Source: Octopus sinensis
Lineage: Eukaryota
DNA length: 64,000 nt
Assembly: GCF_006345805.1 (NCBI RefSeq)
Contig: NC_043010.1
Span: forward strand, 18,476,001-18,540,000
Reading direction: 5' to 3'
Below the pieces are notes generated by a model. The model did no database searches, was not told the origin of the DNA, and saw nothing but the letters and a program-made list of their open reading frames with translations. Positions 49,570-64,000 of this stretch are shown in pieces (the first letter of the stretch is position 1; the number at the start of each line of letters is the position of its first letter). Position numbers and translations under genes: made by a program.

Positions 49570-52500
49570 GAAGACGATAACAAACAACGATGATACGCGG
49601 GTGGAATGAAAGTTTGTCAGACGATAACAAACAGCGATGATACACGGGCGGAATGAAAGTTTTGCAGATGATAAAAAACAGCAATGATACACGGGCGGAA
49701 TGAAAGTTTGGCAGACGATAACAAACAGCGATGAGACACGGGCGGAATGAAAGTTTGGCAGACGATAACAAACAGCGATGAGACACGGGCGGAATGAAAG
49801 TTTTGCAGACGATAACAAAGAGTGATGATACGCGGGTGGAATGAAAGTTTTGCAGACGATAACAAACAGCGATGATGCGCTGGCGGAATGTAAGTTTTGC
49901 AGACGATAACAAACAGCGATGATACACGAGCGGAATAAAAGTTTGGCAGACGATCACAAACAGCGATGATACACGGGCGGAATGAAAGTTTGGCAGACGA
50001 TAACAAACAGCGATGGGACACGGGCGGAATGAAAGTTTTGCAGACGATAACAAAGAGTGATGATACGCGGGTGGAATGAAAGTTTTGCAGACGATAACAA
50101 ACAGCGATGATGCGCTGGCGGAATGTAAGTTTTGCAGACGATAACAAACAGCGATGATACACGAGCGGAATGAAAGTTTGGCAGACGATCACAAACAGCG
50201 ATGATACACGGGCGGAATGAAAGTTTGGCAGACGATAACAAACAGCGATGATACGCGGGCGGAATGAAAGTTTGGCAGACGATAACAAACAGCGATGAGA
50301 CACGGGCGGAATGAAAGTTTTGCAGACGATAACAAACAGCGATGATACGCGGGCGGAATGAAAGTTTGGCAGACGATAACAAACAGCGATGAGACACGGG
50401 CGGAATGAAAGTTTTGCAGACGATAACAAAGAGTGATGATACGCGGGTGGAATGAAAGTTTTGCAGATGATAACAAACAGGGATGATGCGCTGGCGGAAT
50501 GTAAGTTTTGCAGACGATAACAAACAGCGATGATACACGAGCGGAATGAAAGTTTTGCAAACGATCACAAACAGCGATGATACACTGGTGGAATGAAAGT
50601 TTTGCTGATGATAACAAACAGCAATGATACGCGGGCGGAATGAAAGTTTTGCAGACGATAACAAAAAACGATGATACGCGGGCGGAATGAAAGTTTGGCC
50701 TATGATAACAAACAGCGATGATACACAAGCGGAATTAAAGTTTTGCCTATGATAACAAACAGCGATGATGCGCTGGCGGAATGAAAGTTTTGCAGACGAT
50801 AACAAACAGCGATGACACGCGGGAGGAATGAAAGTTTTGCAGACGATAACAAACAGCGATGAGACACGAGCGAAATCAAAGTTTTGCAGACGATAACAAA
50901 CAGCGATGATACACTGGTGGAATGAAAGTTTTGGAGACGATAACAAACAGTGATGATACGGGGATGGAATGAAACTTTTGCAGGTGATAACAAACAGCAA
51001 TGATACACTGGTGGAATGAAAGTTTTGCAGACGATTACAAACAGTGATGATACGGGTGTGGAATGAAAGTTTGCAGGCGATAACAAACAGCAATGATACA
51101 CTGGTGGAATGAAAGTTTTGCAGACGATAACAAACAGCGATGATGCGCTGGCGGAATGAAAGTTTCGCCCGTGTATCGTCGCTGTTTGTTATCATCGACA
51201 AAACTTTCATTCCGCCCGTGTATCATCGCTATTGGTTATCATCGACAGAACTTTCATTCCGCCCGTGTATCATCGCTGTTTGTTATTATCGTCAAAACTT
51301 TCATTCCGCCCCTGTATCGTCGCTGTTGGTTATCATCGGCAATACTTTCATTCCGCCCGTGTATCGCCGCTGTTTGTTATCGTCTGCAAAACTTTCATTC
51401 CGCCCGCGAATCATCGCTGTTTGTTATCGTCTGCAAAACTTTCATTCCGCCCGCGAATCATCGCTGTTTGTTATCATCTGCAAAACTTTCATTCCACCCC
51501 CGTATCATCACTGTTTGTTATCGTCTCCAAAACTTTCATTCCACCAGTGTATCATCGCTGTTTGTTATCACCTGCAAAACTTTCATTCCGCCCGTGTATC
51601 ATCGCTGTTTGTTATCATCTGCAAAACTTTCATTCCACCCCCGTATCATCACTGTTTGTTATCATCGACAAAACTTTCATTCCGCCCGTGTATCATTGCT
51701 GTTTGTTATCATCGTCAAAACTTTCATTCCGCCCCTGTATCGTCGCTGTTGGTTATCCTCGGCAATACTTTCATTCCGCCCGTGTATCGCCGCTGTTTGT
51801 TATCGTCTGCAAAACTTTCATTCCGCCCGTGTATCATCTCTGTTTGTTATCATCCGCAAAACATTCATTCCACCAGTGTATCATCGATGTTTGTTATCGT
51901 CTGCAAAACTTTCATTCCGCCAATGTATCGTCGCTGTTTGTTATCGTCTGCAAAACTTTCATTCAGCCCGTGTCTCATCGTTGTTTGTTATCACCTGCAA
52001 AACTTTCATTCCGCCCGCGAATCATCGTTGTTTGTTATCGTCTGCAAAACTTTCATTCCACCAGTGTATCATCGCTGTTTGTTATCGTCTGCAAAACTTT
52101 CATTCCGCCCGTGTATTATCGCTGTTTGTTATCATTGTCAAAACTTTCATTCCGCCCGTGTATCGTCGCTGTTTGTTATCGTAGGCAATACTTTCATTCA
52201 GCCCGTGTATCGTCGCTGTTTGTTATCGTCGGCAATACTTTCATTCCGTCCGTGTATCATCGCTGTTTGTTATCGTCTGCAAAACTTTCATTCCGTCCGC
52301 GAATCATCGCTGTTTGTTATCATCTGCAAAACTTTCATTCCACACCCGTATCATCACTGTTTGTAATCGTCTGCAAAACTTTCATTCCACCAGTGTATCA
52401 TTGCTGTTTGTTATCACCTGCAAAACTTTCATTCCACCCCCGTATCATCACTGTTTGTTATCGTCGGCAATACTTTCATTCCGTCCGTGTATCATCGCTG

Positions 52501-54297
52501 TTTGTTATCGTCTGCAAAACTTTCATTCCACACCCGTATCATCACTGTTTGTAATCGTCTGCAAAACTTTCATTCCCCCAGTGTATCATTGCTCTTTGTT
52601 ATCACCTGCAAAACTTTCATTCCACCCCCGTATCATCACTGTTTGTTATCGTCGGCAATACTTTCATTCCGTCCGTGTATCATCACTGTTTGTTATCACC
52701 TGCAAAACTTTCATTCCACCCCCGTATCATCACTGTTTGTTATCGTCTCCAAAACTTTCATTCCACCAGTGTATCATCGCTGTTTGTTATCGTTTGCAAA
52801 ACTTTCATTCCGCTCGTGTATCATCGCTGTTTGTTATCGTCTGCAAAACTTTCATTCCGCCAGCGCATCATCGCTGTTTGTTATCGTCTGCAAAACTTTC
52901 ATTCCACCAGTGTATCATTGCTCTTTGTTATCACCTGCAAAACTTTCATTCCAACCCCGTATCATCACTGTTTGTTATCGTCTCCAAAACTTTCATTCCA
53001 CCAGTGTAGCATCGCTGTTTGTTATCGTTTGCAAAACTTTCATTCCGCTCGTGTATAATCGCTGTTTGTTATCGTCTGCAAAACTTTCATTCCGCCAGCG
53101 CATCATCACTGTTTGTTATCGTCTGCAAAACTTTCATTCCACCAGTGTATCATTGCTCTTTGTTATCACCTGCAAAACTTTCATTCCACCCCCGTATCAT
53201 CACTGTTTGTTATCGTCTCCAAAACTTTTATTCCACCAGTGTATCATCGCTGTTTCTTATCGTTTGCAAAACTTTCATTCCGCTCGTGTATAATCGCTGT
53301 TTGTTATCGTCTGCAAAACTTTCATTCCACCAGTGTATCATTGCTCTTTGTTATCACCTGCAAAACTTTCATTCCACCCCCGTATCATCACTGTTTGTTA
53401 TCGTCTCCAAAACTTTCATTCCACCAGTGTATCATCGCTGTTTGTTATCGTTTGCAAAACTTTCATTCCGCTCGTGTATCATCGCTGTTTGTTATCGTCT
53501 GCAAAACTTTCATTCCGCCAGCGCATCATCGCTGTTTGTTATCGTCTGCAAAACTTTCATTCCGCCCGCGAATCATCGCTGTTTGTTATCATCTGCAAAA
53601 CTTTCATTCCGCCAGCGCATCATCGCTGTTTGTTATCGTTGCAAAACTTTCATTCCACCAGTGTATCATTGCTGTTTGTTATCACCTGCAATGACGATAA
53701 CAAACATCGATGATACACGGGCGGAATGAAAGTTTTGGAGATGATAACAAACAGCGATGATACACGGGCGGAACGAAAGTTTTGCAGACGATAACAAACA
53801 GCGATGATACACGGACGGAATGAAAGTTTTGCAGACGATAACAAACAGCGATGATACGCGAGCGTAATAAAAGTTTTGCAGACGATAACTATCAACGGTG
53901 ATACACGGGTGGAATGAAAGTTTTGCCGATGATAACAAACAGCGATGATACACGGGCGGAACGAAAGTTTTGCAGACGATAACAAACAGCGATGATACAC
54001 GGGCGGAATGAAAGTTTTGTCGATGATAACAAACAGCGATGATACACGGGCGGAACGAAAGTTTTGCAGACGATAACAAACAGCGATGATACACGGACGG
54101 AATGAAAGTTTTGCAGACGATAACAAACAGCGATGATACGCGAGCGTAATAAAAGTTTTGCAGACGATAACTATCAACGGTGATACGCGGGTGGAACGAA
54201 AGTTTTGCAGACGATAACAAACAGCGATGATACACGGGGTTGAACGAAAGTTTTGCAGACGATAACAAACAACGATGATACACGGGTGGAATGAAAA
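49570..54297. repeat. 47-bp tandem satellite (~100 units) with central block 51166-53691 inverted
   Basis: Unit gcagacgataacaaacagcgatgatacacgggcggaatgaaagtttt (49805 to 49852 = 47 bp). Orientation flips at 51165/51166 and ~53691. Confidence 0.95.
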
Positions 54298-54409
54298 TCA
54301 ATTGAAGAGGAATGACTGGTAATCTGCTGCCTCTTTGACTGAGATTGTAAATATTTCTAAGTCATCTAAATCATCCATGTGGATGGGATGGCTTATTGTT
54401 TATATGATG

Positions 54410-54567
54410 GATAGCTAGCCACTACTCACATTTTTTCTCTCCTTGTTTCTTTTCGTGGAAGAGCCTAGGCTCGAAACGTTAAAGACTTTTTCAAATCCCG
54501 AGCGTTATTCTAATACATCTGTTTGTTTTCTACACCACCTGTCTTTGTCTTTTTGTGAATTATCCCC

Positions 54568-54570
<3 letters not shown>
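54410..54570 (+). mobile_element. Penelope-like terminus with degenerate minimal hammerhead (54448-54485)
   Basis: tcttt tcgtgga a gagc-ctag-gctc GAAA cg TT aaaga. Homologous to 36420-36635 and followed by (TA)n. Confidence 0.55.
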
Positions 54571-54643
<73 letters not shown>

Positions 54644-54674
54644 GTGTGTGTTTGTTGGTATGTATGCCTATATA

Positions 54675-55923
54675 CAGGGTGCGTATGGCATTTGGGGACA
54701 TACCTTTTTGGGGTCATTGCTGCATTTTTTGCTAACTCTGTATAATCTTTCTTTCAGAAAATAATAATGGCAAACCCTCAGCTTACTCAAGAATTGAAAA
54801 GGCATGCTGTTATTGTGGTTATAAAGGCTGAGCATAGGGATTTACAAATATCTCGATTTTTAAAAGTTGCCAGATCTTTCGTCTACAAAGTTCGTAAGGA
54901 GCTAGAGACTGATGATGGAAACATATCACCAGTATCAAAGCATAAAAAGCATTCTAAATGCTCTGAAATCATCAGAACACCTGAATTTATCCAACAAGAT
55001 CAACAGACCATTGATTACAATCCCAGAAAGTCCATGAGGTTAATTGCAAAAGAACTCCATGTATCAGAAGGAACAGTCAGAAATGTTGTTCAAGAAGATA
55101 TCAGATATAAGTCTTATATGATGAGGAAAGGTCAATTTGTCAGAGAAAGCAAAGAAAATCACTACATCAGATCTAAAAGGTTCTTAAAAAAACTGAAAAA
55201 TCCAGCAGAAGAAGATTTGGTTTGGCTTTTACTCAAAGGAGAAAAACTTCGACCAAGATCAAAAATGTTAACAAAAGAAATGACAGATGATTATATGCAG
55301 ACCTTTCTGAAGTTCCAACTGTTATGCATACAAAATTTCCTGCAATTTCCATGGCTTTAGAGGTTGTCAGCAATGAAGGACATATGAAGCTTCCTTACTT
55401 CTTTCCACAAGGTCTTAGAGTTAACTCTAAATAATTGTTAAACCCTGGGTAGACAGTGTATGCAATGGATAGTCATATGTTTCTCAGTAAAACTCTGCAC
55501 TATCACACATGGCTCTAGTAACACAGGAATGGATGACTGAAAATTTTCATGATCACATAACCCCTATCATTTGGCCTCCTAATTCCCCAAATCTCAATCC
55601 ATTGAACTATTACACATGTGGAGCATTGTTGAGAGAGAGGTCAATGAACATGCCCATAACATCAAAAATTCTTTGAACGCTGCTATAGTCAGAGTAATGT
55701 CCAAAATGAACCAGGACCACTTGATTCGAGCATGTAGATGATTTAGATCTCATATAGAAGCAGTTGTTGAAGCTGAAGGTGGCTTTATTGAATAACATTA
55801 TAGAAAAGAAGGTTTATTTTTATCCTCATAACATTTTTTGATAAATAAAGTTATTATTTGTTATTATATATGTTTTTTTTTTTTATAAACATAAATCTGT
55901 CCTCAGATATCTTACGCGCCCTG
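54675..55923 (+). mobile_element. Second maT/DD37D-like transposon, decayed
   Basis: TIRs cagggtgcgtatggcatttggggaca / tgtcctcagatatcttacgcgccctg with TA flanks. HTH ORF at 54767-55360; downstream WPPNSPNLNPLNYY and VVEAEGGFIE*. Confidence 0.85.
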
Positions 55924-56200
55924 TATATGTAATAATGTATGTATTTATGGATGGATGGATGTTCCCACCAGTAGTTTCGTTAAATAGATTTGTTGACAGA
56001 ATTCTACCTTGGCAAAGGTGGAAATAAAGAGTCCGTTTGAATGATTATTTCTCTTCTTAGTCATATAGCGTTGGCTTTGAGAATCAACTCTTTGTAATGA
56101 ATTTGTTTTCAATTTTGTCATGACATTGTACTACGGTTAACTCGACCAGTTATACTTTCGGATTCAATAAAGGACCACGCCAATACCGATTTCGTTATCT

Positions 56201-56324
<124 letters not shown>

Positions 56325-56850
56325 ATATCTATCTATCTATCTATCTATCTATCTCTATCTCTCTCTAGCTAGCTGTGAAACTTACGTGTCATTCAAACAT
56401 TCACCTTTCTCACATTGTGTCACACTGATTCGGTCTGAGAAGAGAATTGAAAGTGTACGTATCTGTGGAATACTCAACCACTTACACATCGTTAATTTCA
56501 TGAATGGGAATTTATTAGGACGTACAACTGAATACTCAATGTTGAAATCGATGGAGAAACCTCCGGCACAGTTTGTTGCTCATTCGGGGTGAATTTTCTT
56601 AAATAATTAAGTATCAAGTTGTTTACGACGAAAAGGCAGGGTGCTGGATGAAGAATCAAGAATGCCTGACGAAAAGCAGAATGCCATACAAACTGCGATA
56701 CAAACTGCCTTGCAGTAAGTATTTCGAGGTATCTTTTTTGTTATAACCTTAAATCCTGCCGTTGTCTCTTTCATGTTCCATATCCCTGAAACTATGAAAA
56801 AAAAAACAAAAAAAACAGTAATACGCCTGAGTTCATTCAATCCATAGTAC

Positions 56851-57268
56851 GGATCTTTTCGGTTTGAACAGCAGTTTTTAACATAATTTCTAGGTAACTA
56901 AACAATTTAAAACTTCGTATACTCGTAGAATGTGTTTATAAAACATCTTTTTCTCTTGGCTTTATTGAGAAAATTCTATAGTTTGTTAGATATTTATTGT
57001 TTTGTTTTTCTTCAATTTCTGCAATTTCAACCAATCACTGACGTCTATTGAGTTGAAAACATTCTGTGCCGTATGAATATGTCCCTCGTTTAGGAAACAG
57101 ATTGGGTTTATTTACATTTGTGAAGAAAAAAAGATACACTTTCCCCCACCCCTAACACTAATCCTAAAACAGATTGAAATGCAATAGATCGATACTAGGG
57201 TCATAATTATGAGTGACAATTTCATATGACACCGCTAGAAAAAACTGCCGTTCAAACCGAAAAGATCC
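56851..57268 (-). mobile_element. Merlin-like MITE, copy C
   Basis: Same TIRs; perfect 8-bp TSD catagtac. Confidence 0.9.
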
Positions 57269-57384
57269 CATAGTACGTTTGTCCTACAACTTTCTGACTG
57301 GATAACATAACAGGTAATTACTTTTGTCGGTGAATGTCGTCTGCACCACAAATTAACGTCTTCACCAAACTACTCACCATTTTC

Positions 57385-57978
57385 TTTTATTTCTACTAGT
57401 TTCAGTTTTTGAGCTGCGGCCATGCTGGGGCACAACTGTTAAAGGTTTGGTCGAACAAATCAACTCCGGTATATATTTTTAAGTTTCGTACTTATTCTAT
57501 CGGACACTTTTTTGCCGAACTGCTAGATGAAGCGATGTAAACACACCAACACCGGTTGTCAAGTGGTGGTTTGGAACAAACACAAATACAAATATGAAAA
57601 AAATATAATGAATAGGCGCAGGGGTGACTGTGTGGTAATTTTTTTCCTTCTCAACTACAATGTTCCGGTTTCAGTGTCATTATGTGACACTTCGACTATA
57701 GCCTCGGACCGGCCAAACCAAAACTCTGTCAGTGATTTTGGTAAACGGAAATTGAAAAAAAAACATAGTGTGTGTGCGTGTATGTTTATCCCCTATCACT
57801 CCTTGACAACTGATTTTGGTCTGCTTGCGACCCCGTAAACACACCAAAAAAATACGTCCTGGGATCGATTCGTTGTACTAAAATTCTTCAAGGCGGTGTT
57901 CCAGTATGGCCACGGTCTAATGAACAAGTAGATAGAAGATATTGATTGAGAAATAGACAGACAGACAGACAGACAGAC

Positions 57979-58046
<68 letters not shown>

Positions 58047-58200
58047 GTTTACACGACAGACTTCTTTCGGTTTCAATCTACAAATTCCACTGATAAGGCG
58101 TTGGACGAATACGCTTGCCCAAGATGCCGCGCAGTGAGATTGAACTCAAGGCCACATAGTCGGAAAGGAATCTTCTTACCACACAACCACGTCTGCTCCT
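57385..58200. mobile_element. Cluster of diverged SINE fragments around (GATA)n
   Basis: gcggccatgctggggcac, aaggcggtgttccagtatggcc and cttgcccaagatgccgcgcagtg blocks. Confidence 0.65.
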
Positions 58201-58764
58201 GTGGATATAATAGAAATGTCTGAAATAAGATACAGTCAAGTTGTTTTATTGAAATATATAATGTTACCAAACTGGACAATAACGGATTTTAATCGAGTTT
58301 ATTTGAACAGAAGACAAAAAGGAAATCATAAAAGGGATGAAAATGACAGAGAAAATGGAAGAGAGAGAGGGAGACAGAGAGAGAGAGAGACACAGAGAGA
58401 GAGAGAGAGATGAAGAGGTGGTGGTGGGAGGATTGTTGTCGTCTGGTGGTGAAAGGTAACTGAACACTAGTTCAATGCAAGTGTTAATGTGTATATTTAG
58501 ACAGGAATACATGAAATATAGCGAAACTGGAGAACCACACGAATAGCCTATTGTCCACGTGCATGTATGCGTGTATGTATGTATGTATGTAGTATGTATG
58601 TATGTATGTATGTATGTATGTATGTATGTATGTATGTATGTAGGTATGTATGTTTGCATGTACATATATATGTATGTATGTATGCATATAAGTATGTATG
58701 CGTGTATGTGTGTATATATGTATGCATGTACGTATGTATTTATGTGTGTGCGTATTTATGTGTG

Positions 58765-58796
<32 letters not shown>

Positions 58797-59131
58797 TGAA
58801 TGCATGTGTTTCAGTGTATGTGTATGTATATATGCATGCATGTATCTCTATATGAGTGTGCTTGTGTGTGTGTATACATACACACACACACACACATATA
58901 TAATCTTATGTATGAATTAAGCATGTATATATGCACGTGTATATGTATACATTTACGCATGTAATTTTTGTATGTATGTATATGTGTACGTATGTAATGT
59001 ATGTGTGCATGTGTATGTATGTATATGTGTGTGTATATATGTATGCATATCTGTATACATGTACGTATGTGTGTATGTATGTGTATGCATGTATGCTTGT
59101 ATGTATATATATACATGTATGTATACACGTG

Positions 59132-59194
<63 letters not shown>

Positions 59195-59339
59195 GTCCTC
59201 TTCTGTCTTTAATCATTTAAATTCTTCCTCTGAAGAAGGAGCTGGTTTCTAACAACAATGCAAAGTTCCATCATTGGAATGTAAATAGGGAAAACAAAGT
59301 CACGTTTTAAACTTGAGAAAAATCATCATAGTTTTACTG

Positions 59340-60470
59340 CTGCACTTTACAGATTGCATTTGTAATGAGCGACTTTGGTGGTTAGCTTCTTTTTCTGAAA
59401 GCACTAGTTTATCCAAATCGTCACTTAGGCATTTACTCACAGAACCTAGTATTCCAATTATTATTGGTATAAATGTGAATTTATAATCTGAACACAGACG
59501 ATAGAGATTTCGAAGCAGTTATCCACAGATATTCTTTCTTTTTCACCTCCATGAAGATACACACGTTTTTCTTGTTTATCCCAAACAACAATATCGGGCC
59601 TGTTATGTTTACACTTGACAGATGTTTCGATGGGAATGTTCCACCAGTATTCCTTGTGCCGATGCTTGTATGTATCATTCAATAACAGGGGAATTCTGGG
59701 ATATTTTCGGTTTGAACGGCAGTTTTTTTCTAGCGGTGTCATATGAAATTGTCACCCATAATTATGACCCTAGTATCGATCTATTGCATTTCAATCTGTT
59801 TTAGGGTTAGGGTTAGGGGTGGGGGGAAGGGTATCTTTTTTTCTTCACAAATGTAAATAAACCCAATCTGTTTCTTAAACGAGGGACATATTCATACGGC
59901 ACAGAATGCTTTTTACCTCAATAGACCTCAGTGATTGGTTGAAATTGCAGAAATTGAAGAAAAAAACAACAACAAATATCTTACAAACTATAGAATTTTC
60001 TCAATAAAGCCAAGAGAAAAAGATGTTTTATAAACACATTCTACCAGTATACGAAGTTTAAAATCTTTTTAGTTACCTAGAAATTATGTTAAAAACTGCC
60101 GTTCAAACCTAAAAGATCCGAATTCTGTGACAGTCTGTTTTTCGAATGGCATTGTATATTGTTTTAGCGACTACGTCATGTCTCGTAGGGCGGTAATAAC
60201 TTGGTGGCATTTTCTGAGCAGTCGATAATCACGTGTGTGGAATCTTCCACTGAAATATGACAGAATCCACAGTTTTGGTTGCATCTTGGATCTCCAATGG
60301 CTTCACTGTCTCTTTTGTTGTTCATTTTGTAACAATTTCCTGTTCTTGGATTACAAATGCTTAGCTTTCGAAATGCGATGTGATGTATGTATATATTGCA
60401 TATATTCTCAAAACTTTCATTGTACTGGACGCCATAGTATTCATTTGATGACAGCAAGCCACTGCTTAGA
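59340..60470 (-). mobile_element. R4/Dong-type REL retrotransposon remnant interrupted by MITE copy D
   Basis: CGFCHISVEDSTHVIIDC (CCHC) at ~60220-60275 and WWNIPIETSVKCKHNRPDIVVWDK at ~59575-59646. Confidence 0.75.
59699..60119 (+). mobile_element. Merlin-like MITE, copy D
   Basis: Same TIRs; perfect 8-bp TSD gaattctg. Confidence 0.9.
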
Positions 60471-61013
60471 TAGATCATAATTAGTATCCCTAGACTCGTG
60501 AGGCCTAGGAGCAACTGACCGGTGTACCCGTTCCTTAAGACGGCACCAACCGTGGGCGTTCTATTGCTACATAATCATCTCCCTTGTGGATTAGCTACCT
60601 GGTTAGCGGAAACTCGCTCTGGAGCGTGCGGACAGCAGGAAAAATCTTCAGATGAACAACTCCAATCAACCAATCATTTATCTCCGTTAATTCTTGACAC
60701 TCTAAGGGACCCTGGTCCATCTAGGTCATGAACCCTAGGTATCTTCCTGCTGTTTTCGAGAGAAGGACCTTCAGGACAGTTTTCACGTGGTTTAATGTGC
60801 CTATTGTATACGATTTCACCAATGATTGCTCCAGAGGCGTAACCGGGTTCTAAAGTTATGGGGAACGAGCACATAAAAAAAGGCGCCGTGACACGTATGC
60901 CAAGCAGTTTTTAACTCATTTCTTTTATATTACGCAAAATATTTCATTAGATATGAATACACGTAATCGATATTCATTTATTTCATTAATGAATACAATT
61001 GCATTCATTAATA

Positions 61014-61459
61014 GGATCTTTTCGGTTTGAACAGCAGTTTTTTTCTAGCGGTGTCATATGAAATTGTCACCCATAATTATGACCCTAGTATCGATCTATT
61101 GCATTTCAATCTATTTTAGGGTTAGGGTTAGTTAGGGTTAGTTAAGGTTATGGTTAGGGGTGGAGGGAAGGGTATCTTTTTTTCTTCACAAATGTAAATA
61201 AACCCAATCTGTTTCTTAAACGAGGGACATATTCATACGGCACAGAATGTTTTTTACCTCAATAGACGTCAGTGATTGGTTGAAATTGCAGAAATTGAAG
61301 AAAAAAAAACAACAAATATCTTACAAACTATAGAATTTTCTCAATAAAGCCAAGAGAAAAAGATGTTTTATAAACACATTCTACCAGTATACGAAGTTTA
61401 AAATTTTTTTAGTTACCTAGAAATTATGTTAAAAACTGCCGTTCAAACCGAAAAGATCC
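61014..61459 (+). mobile_element. Merlin-like MITE, copy E
   Basis: Same TIRs; perfect 8-bp TSD cattaata. Confidence 0.9.
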
Positions 61460-62490
61460 CATTAATATATTCATTAATTTCATGGTTCCTTAACGACGTT
61501 GTTATGCAAGAAGCTTACAATTTCTGATGGAGGGAGCAAAGGAGTAGAAGAAGAAAAAACCGTTGAAAAGAGGCAAAGTTTGAAAACTGTGCTGCGGTCG
61601 CTCCCCTCGCTCCCCTATTAGCAACGCTGCAGTGATGCCCATCTATACCAAAAAAGGATCAGTCGTAATTTTATGCAAGAAGTGGACCCTTAACGTTTTT
61701 TTTGTTTTTTTTAACAAAAAGAAGGTACATATAATGGAGTAGTTGAGGAAATTAAGATGAGTTGGTTACGGTTGGTGAAGCTTTCATCGTTAATCTGTTG
61801 GTGTGGACCGATATAGGGTTAAGCAAAAACGACATCGAAAATGTATCAATATGTAGGCGCTCGGTCTTCTAGAAATAACAACCAAATATCCCTCAGTTCA
61901 TAATTATAGTGTTTCGCAATACGGACGTCCAGGAAACAATATGAAATTGCGCGCGTGTGTAGTATTGGTTGTGACTTCGAAGTTTTGCTTCTATCTAATT
62001 ATTTGTCTCCTAAAATCAGGCATAACTTGGCCATCGGTCGGCTTACAACACTGTTCTTCGTCTTAAGTTTTCTTGGGAGAGTATGTTTGTTAACTTGACA
62101 ACAAGGTGGAGGTGAGTTCTGATTGGCTGTATGCAATTGAATTCGTTATTAGGGGTCCGGAACTCTCTCATGGGAAAAGATAATTTCGCCTCGGGCCTCG
62201 TCATATTGCAAGTTTTCCAGTTGGAAATACAATGAGTACCTGTTATACTCGTGGGTCTTTTCTTGTGGTGGGGTGAGTTGGGTGTTGTACTGGTGGAAAT
62301 TGGTGCAATAAAATTAATTTTTGTTTTCAGATGCTTTTTTTTTCACTTCGAAATCACTGTCAAATTAGATGAAATATCTAACCACACATGTAGTGAGTCC
62401 TTTCATTTAATCTTCAATGGTCTGAAGCTCATCTCTCTCTCTCCCTCCCTCTCTCTCTCTCTCTATCTATCTATCTGTCTGTCTCTCTTT

Positions 62491-62535
<45 letters not shown>

Positions 62536-62591
62536 GGTGTGGGTGTGTGTGTGTACGTACACAATACCCGTAGATACATACATACATACAT

Positions 62592-62624
<33 letters not shown>

Positions 62625-63784
62625 TCGGCAGGCAGGCAGACAGACAGACAAGCAGGCAGGCAGACAGCCATGTACCTGTCGACTTCGAAATTGATTGTGT
62701 GAAATGTATCTGGTCAATTTGTTTTGATTGACGACTGCAACATGTGACTTGGTTGTTAGCGTGGGAGGAGGAAGGGGAGGGATTAGAGAGAGAGGGGAGA
62801 GGGGATCGTGACAGAGGTGAGGGAAGGGGAGGAGGAAGAGCTAGAAGAGATTCAGTGAGCAGGGAGGAGGGAAGAAACTAACTCAATGAAAGTGTCTCTA
62901 TGATGTTGCCAGAAATAGTAGCCAACTCTAGCCTAGTCACGCTTCTGTCTTAAGAGTAATCTTTGATGGCCACGGCTGGAATGCCTTTGACGACACGTCT
63001 ACTCAGTCAGGATTGACCTGAGGCTGAACGGCAACGAGTGAAAGAGAAGGTGAGGAAGAAAGAGCAGGAGATACACGTCTAAGTAAGATGATGATGAAGG
63101 TGGTGGTGGTGGTGGTTGGTTGGTTGGTGGTGGTGGTGGTGAAGAAGATGAGAAGGGTGGGAGGAGTCATGAGTAGATAACTGAAGGGAGTGGTGGAGTA
63201 GGAGGGAGATTAACGAGGTTGACTTTTGTAGGAGAGGATGAAAGTAGGAGGAGAATGGGAGAACGATAGTTACTGAGAGGGAGACATGAGACAGAGAGAG
63301 AGAGAGTGGGGGTGGCTATGACATGATGGAGAATGAAAGTGGGGGGAGGTAATGAAAGGAGAAGAGGAGGTTCCATAAAATAACATGAAGAATGGGGGGA
63401 AGTGGGAGGAAAGAAAGTTGTAGTGGGAGAGAGACTGTTATAAACGGTGGGAGTTAAGAAGAGAGAGAGGGGTAAATAGTCAGAGAGGAGAAAGGAGGAG
63501 GAGCAGGAAGAGGAGGAGAGGTGGGGAAAGGCTACACACTCACTCTTGATCTTTTTATGGTGACCTCACCTACATAACATATCTTCCCGAAGATAAGCCT
63601 TCCTCATTAAGTTAATAAGCTCATTTAGATCAGATTAACTGATAAATTAATTAATTAATTAATTGATTAATTAATTAATAATCCTACACCATTAATGTAA
63701 AACCCACAATACTACCACACGGCACGAGGGTATGCTTGGACACAAACATCGTAGACATCGTCCAAAGGTCACGTGACTTATTAC

Positions 63785-63920
63785 TGGTTTCCAACTTTGC
63801 CGCAAGGGCAGCAATTTCGGGGGAAGGGGGTACGTCGATTACATCAACCCCACAGTATTCAACTGGTACCTATTTTTATCGACCACGAAAGGATGAAAAG
63901 CTAAGTCGACCTCGGCGACG
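63785..63920 (-). mobile_element. Nin/Deu-type SINE fragment
   Basis: tcgattacatcaacccc..ctggtacc..atcgacc..aaaggatgaaa..aagtcgacctcggcg. Confidence 0.7.
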
Positions 63921-64000
63921 TGTAGCTTATTACCAAAGCTCGATACACTCCAGTACACAACGTTCTACACTGTCCGCTCTCTCTTCCAATTATACAGTTA

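Noticed and set aside
49570-54297. CRISPR-like repeat-spacer array
   Set aside because: Variable parts are only ~10 bp, related to each other and recurrent. Eukaryotic context, no cas genes.
49356-54301. Long 200-440 aa ORFs in the satellite
   Set aside because: They arise because one strand of the 47-bp unit lacks stops in all frames. The ORFs switch strand with the inversion and all frames give the same permuted peptide.

Overview
AT-rich animal genomic DNA dominated by microsatellites ((TA)n, (CA)n, (TACA)n, (GATA)n, (CAT)n, (TAG)n) and transposon debris. The repeat style and tRNA-derived SINEs suggest an octopus or other cephalopod (inference). Most ORFs in the supplied track are repeat artefacts. 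Recognisable elements: two R4/Dong-type (REL endonuclease) retrotransposon remnants; two RTE 3' ends, one with three C2H2 fingers; a decayed Penelope/Neptune-type RT; a CR1/L2-like RT remnant; Tc1 DD34E, maT DD37D and mariner copies; pogo and hAT-Charlie MITEs; Helitron-like elements; many SINEs; five copies of a Merlin-like MITE (GG..CC TIRs, 8-bp TSD) carrying TTAGGG repeats; and a 4.7-kb 47-bp satellite with an internal inversion and higher-order structure. The most striking system is a set of non-coding fold-back inserts in (TA)n tracts that carry type I hammerhead ribozymes (Penelope pLTR / retrozyme-like). It includes a ~450-bp tandem unit bounded by hammerheads (4589-5852), and in several elements the inversion breakpoint falls in ribozyme stem II. 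A candidate spliced host gene lies on the minus strand (exons ~43102-42984 and 34988-34873), and its putative intron contains a PAR/CRE bZIP site cluster. All calls were made by eye, with no database searches or folding software.
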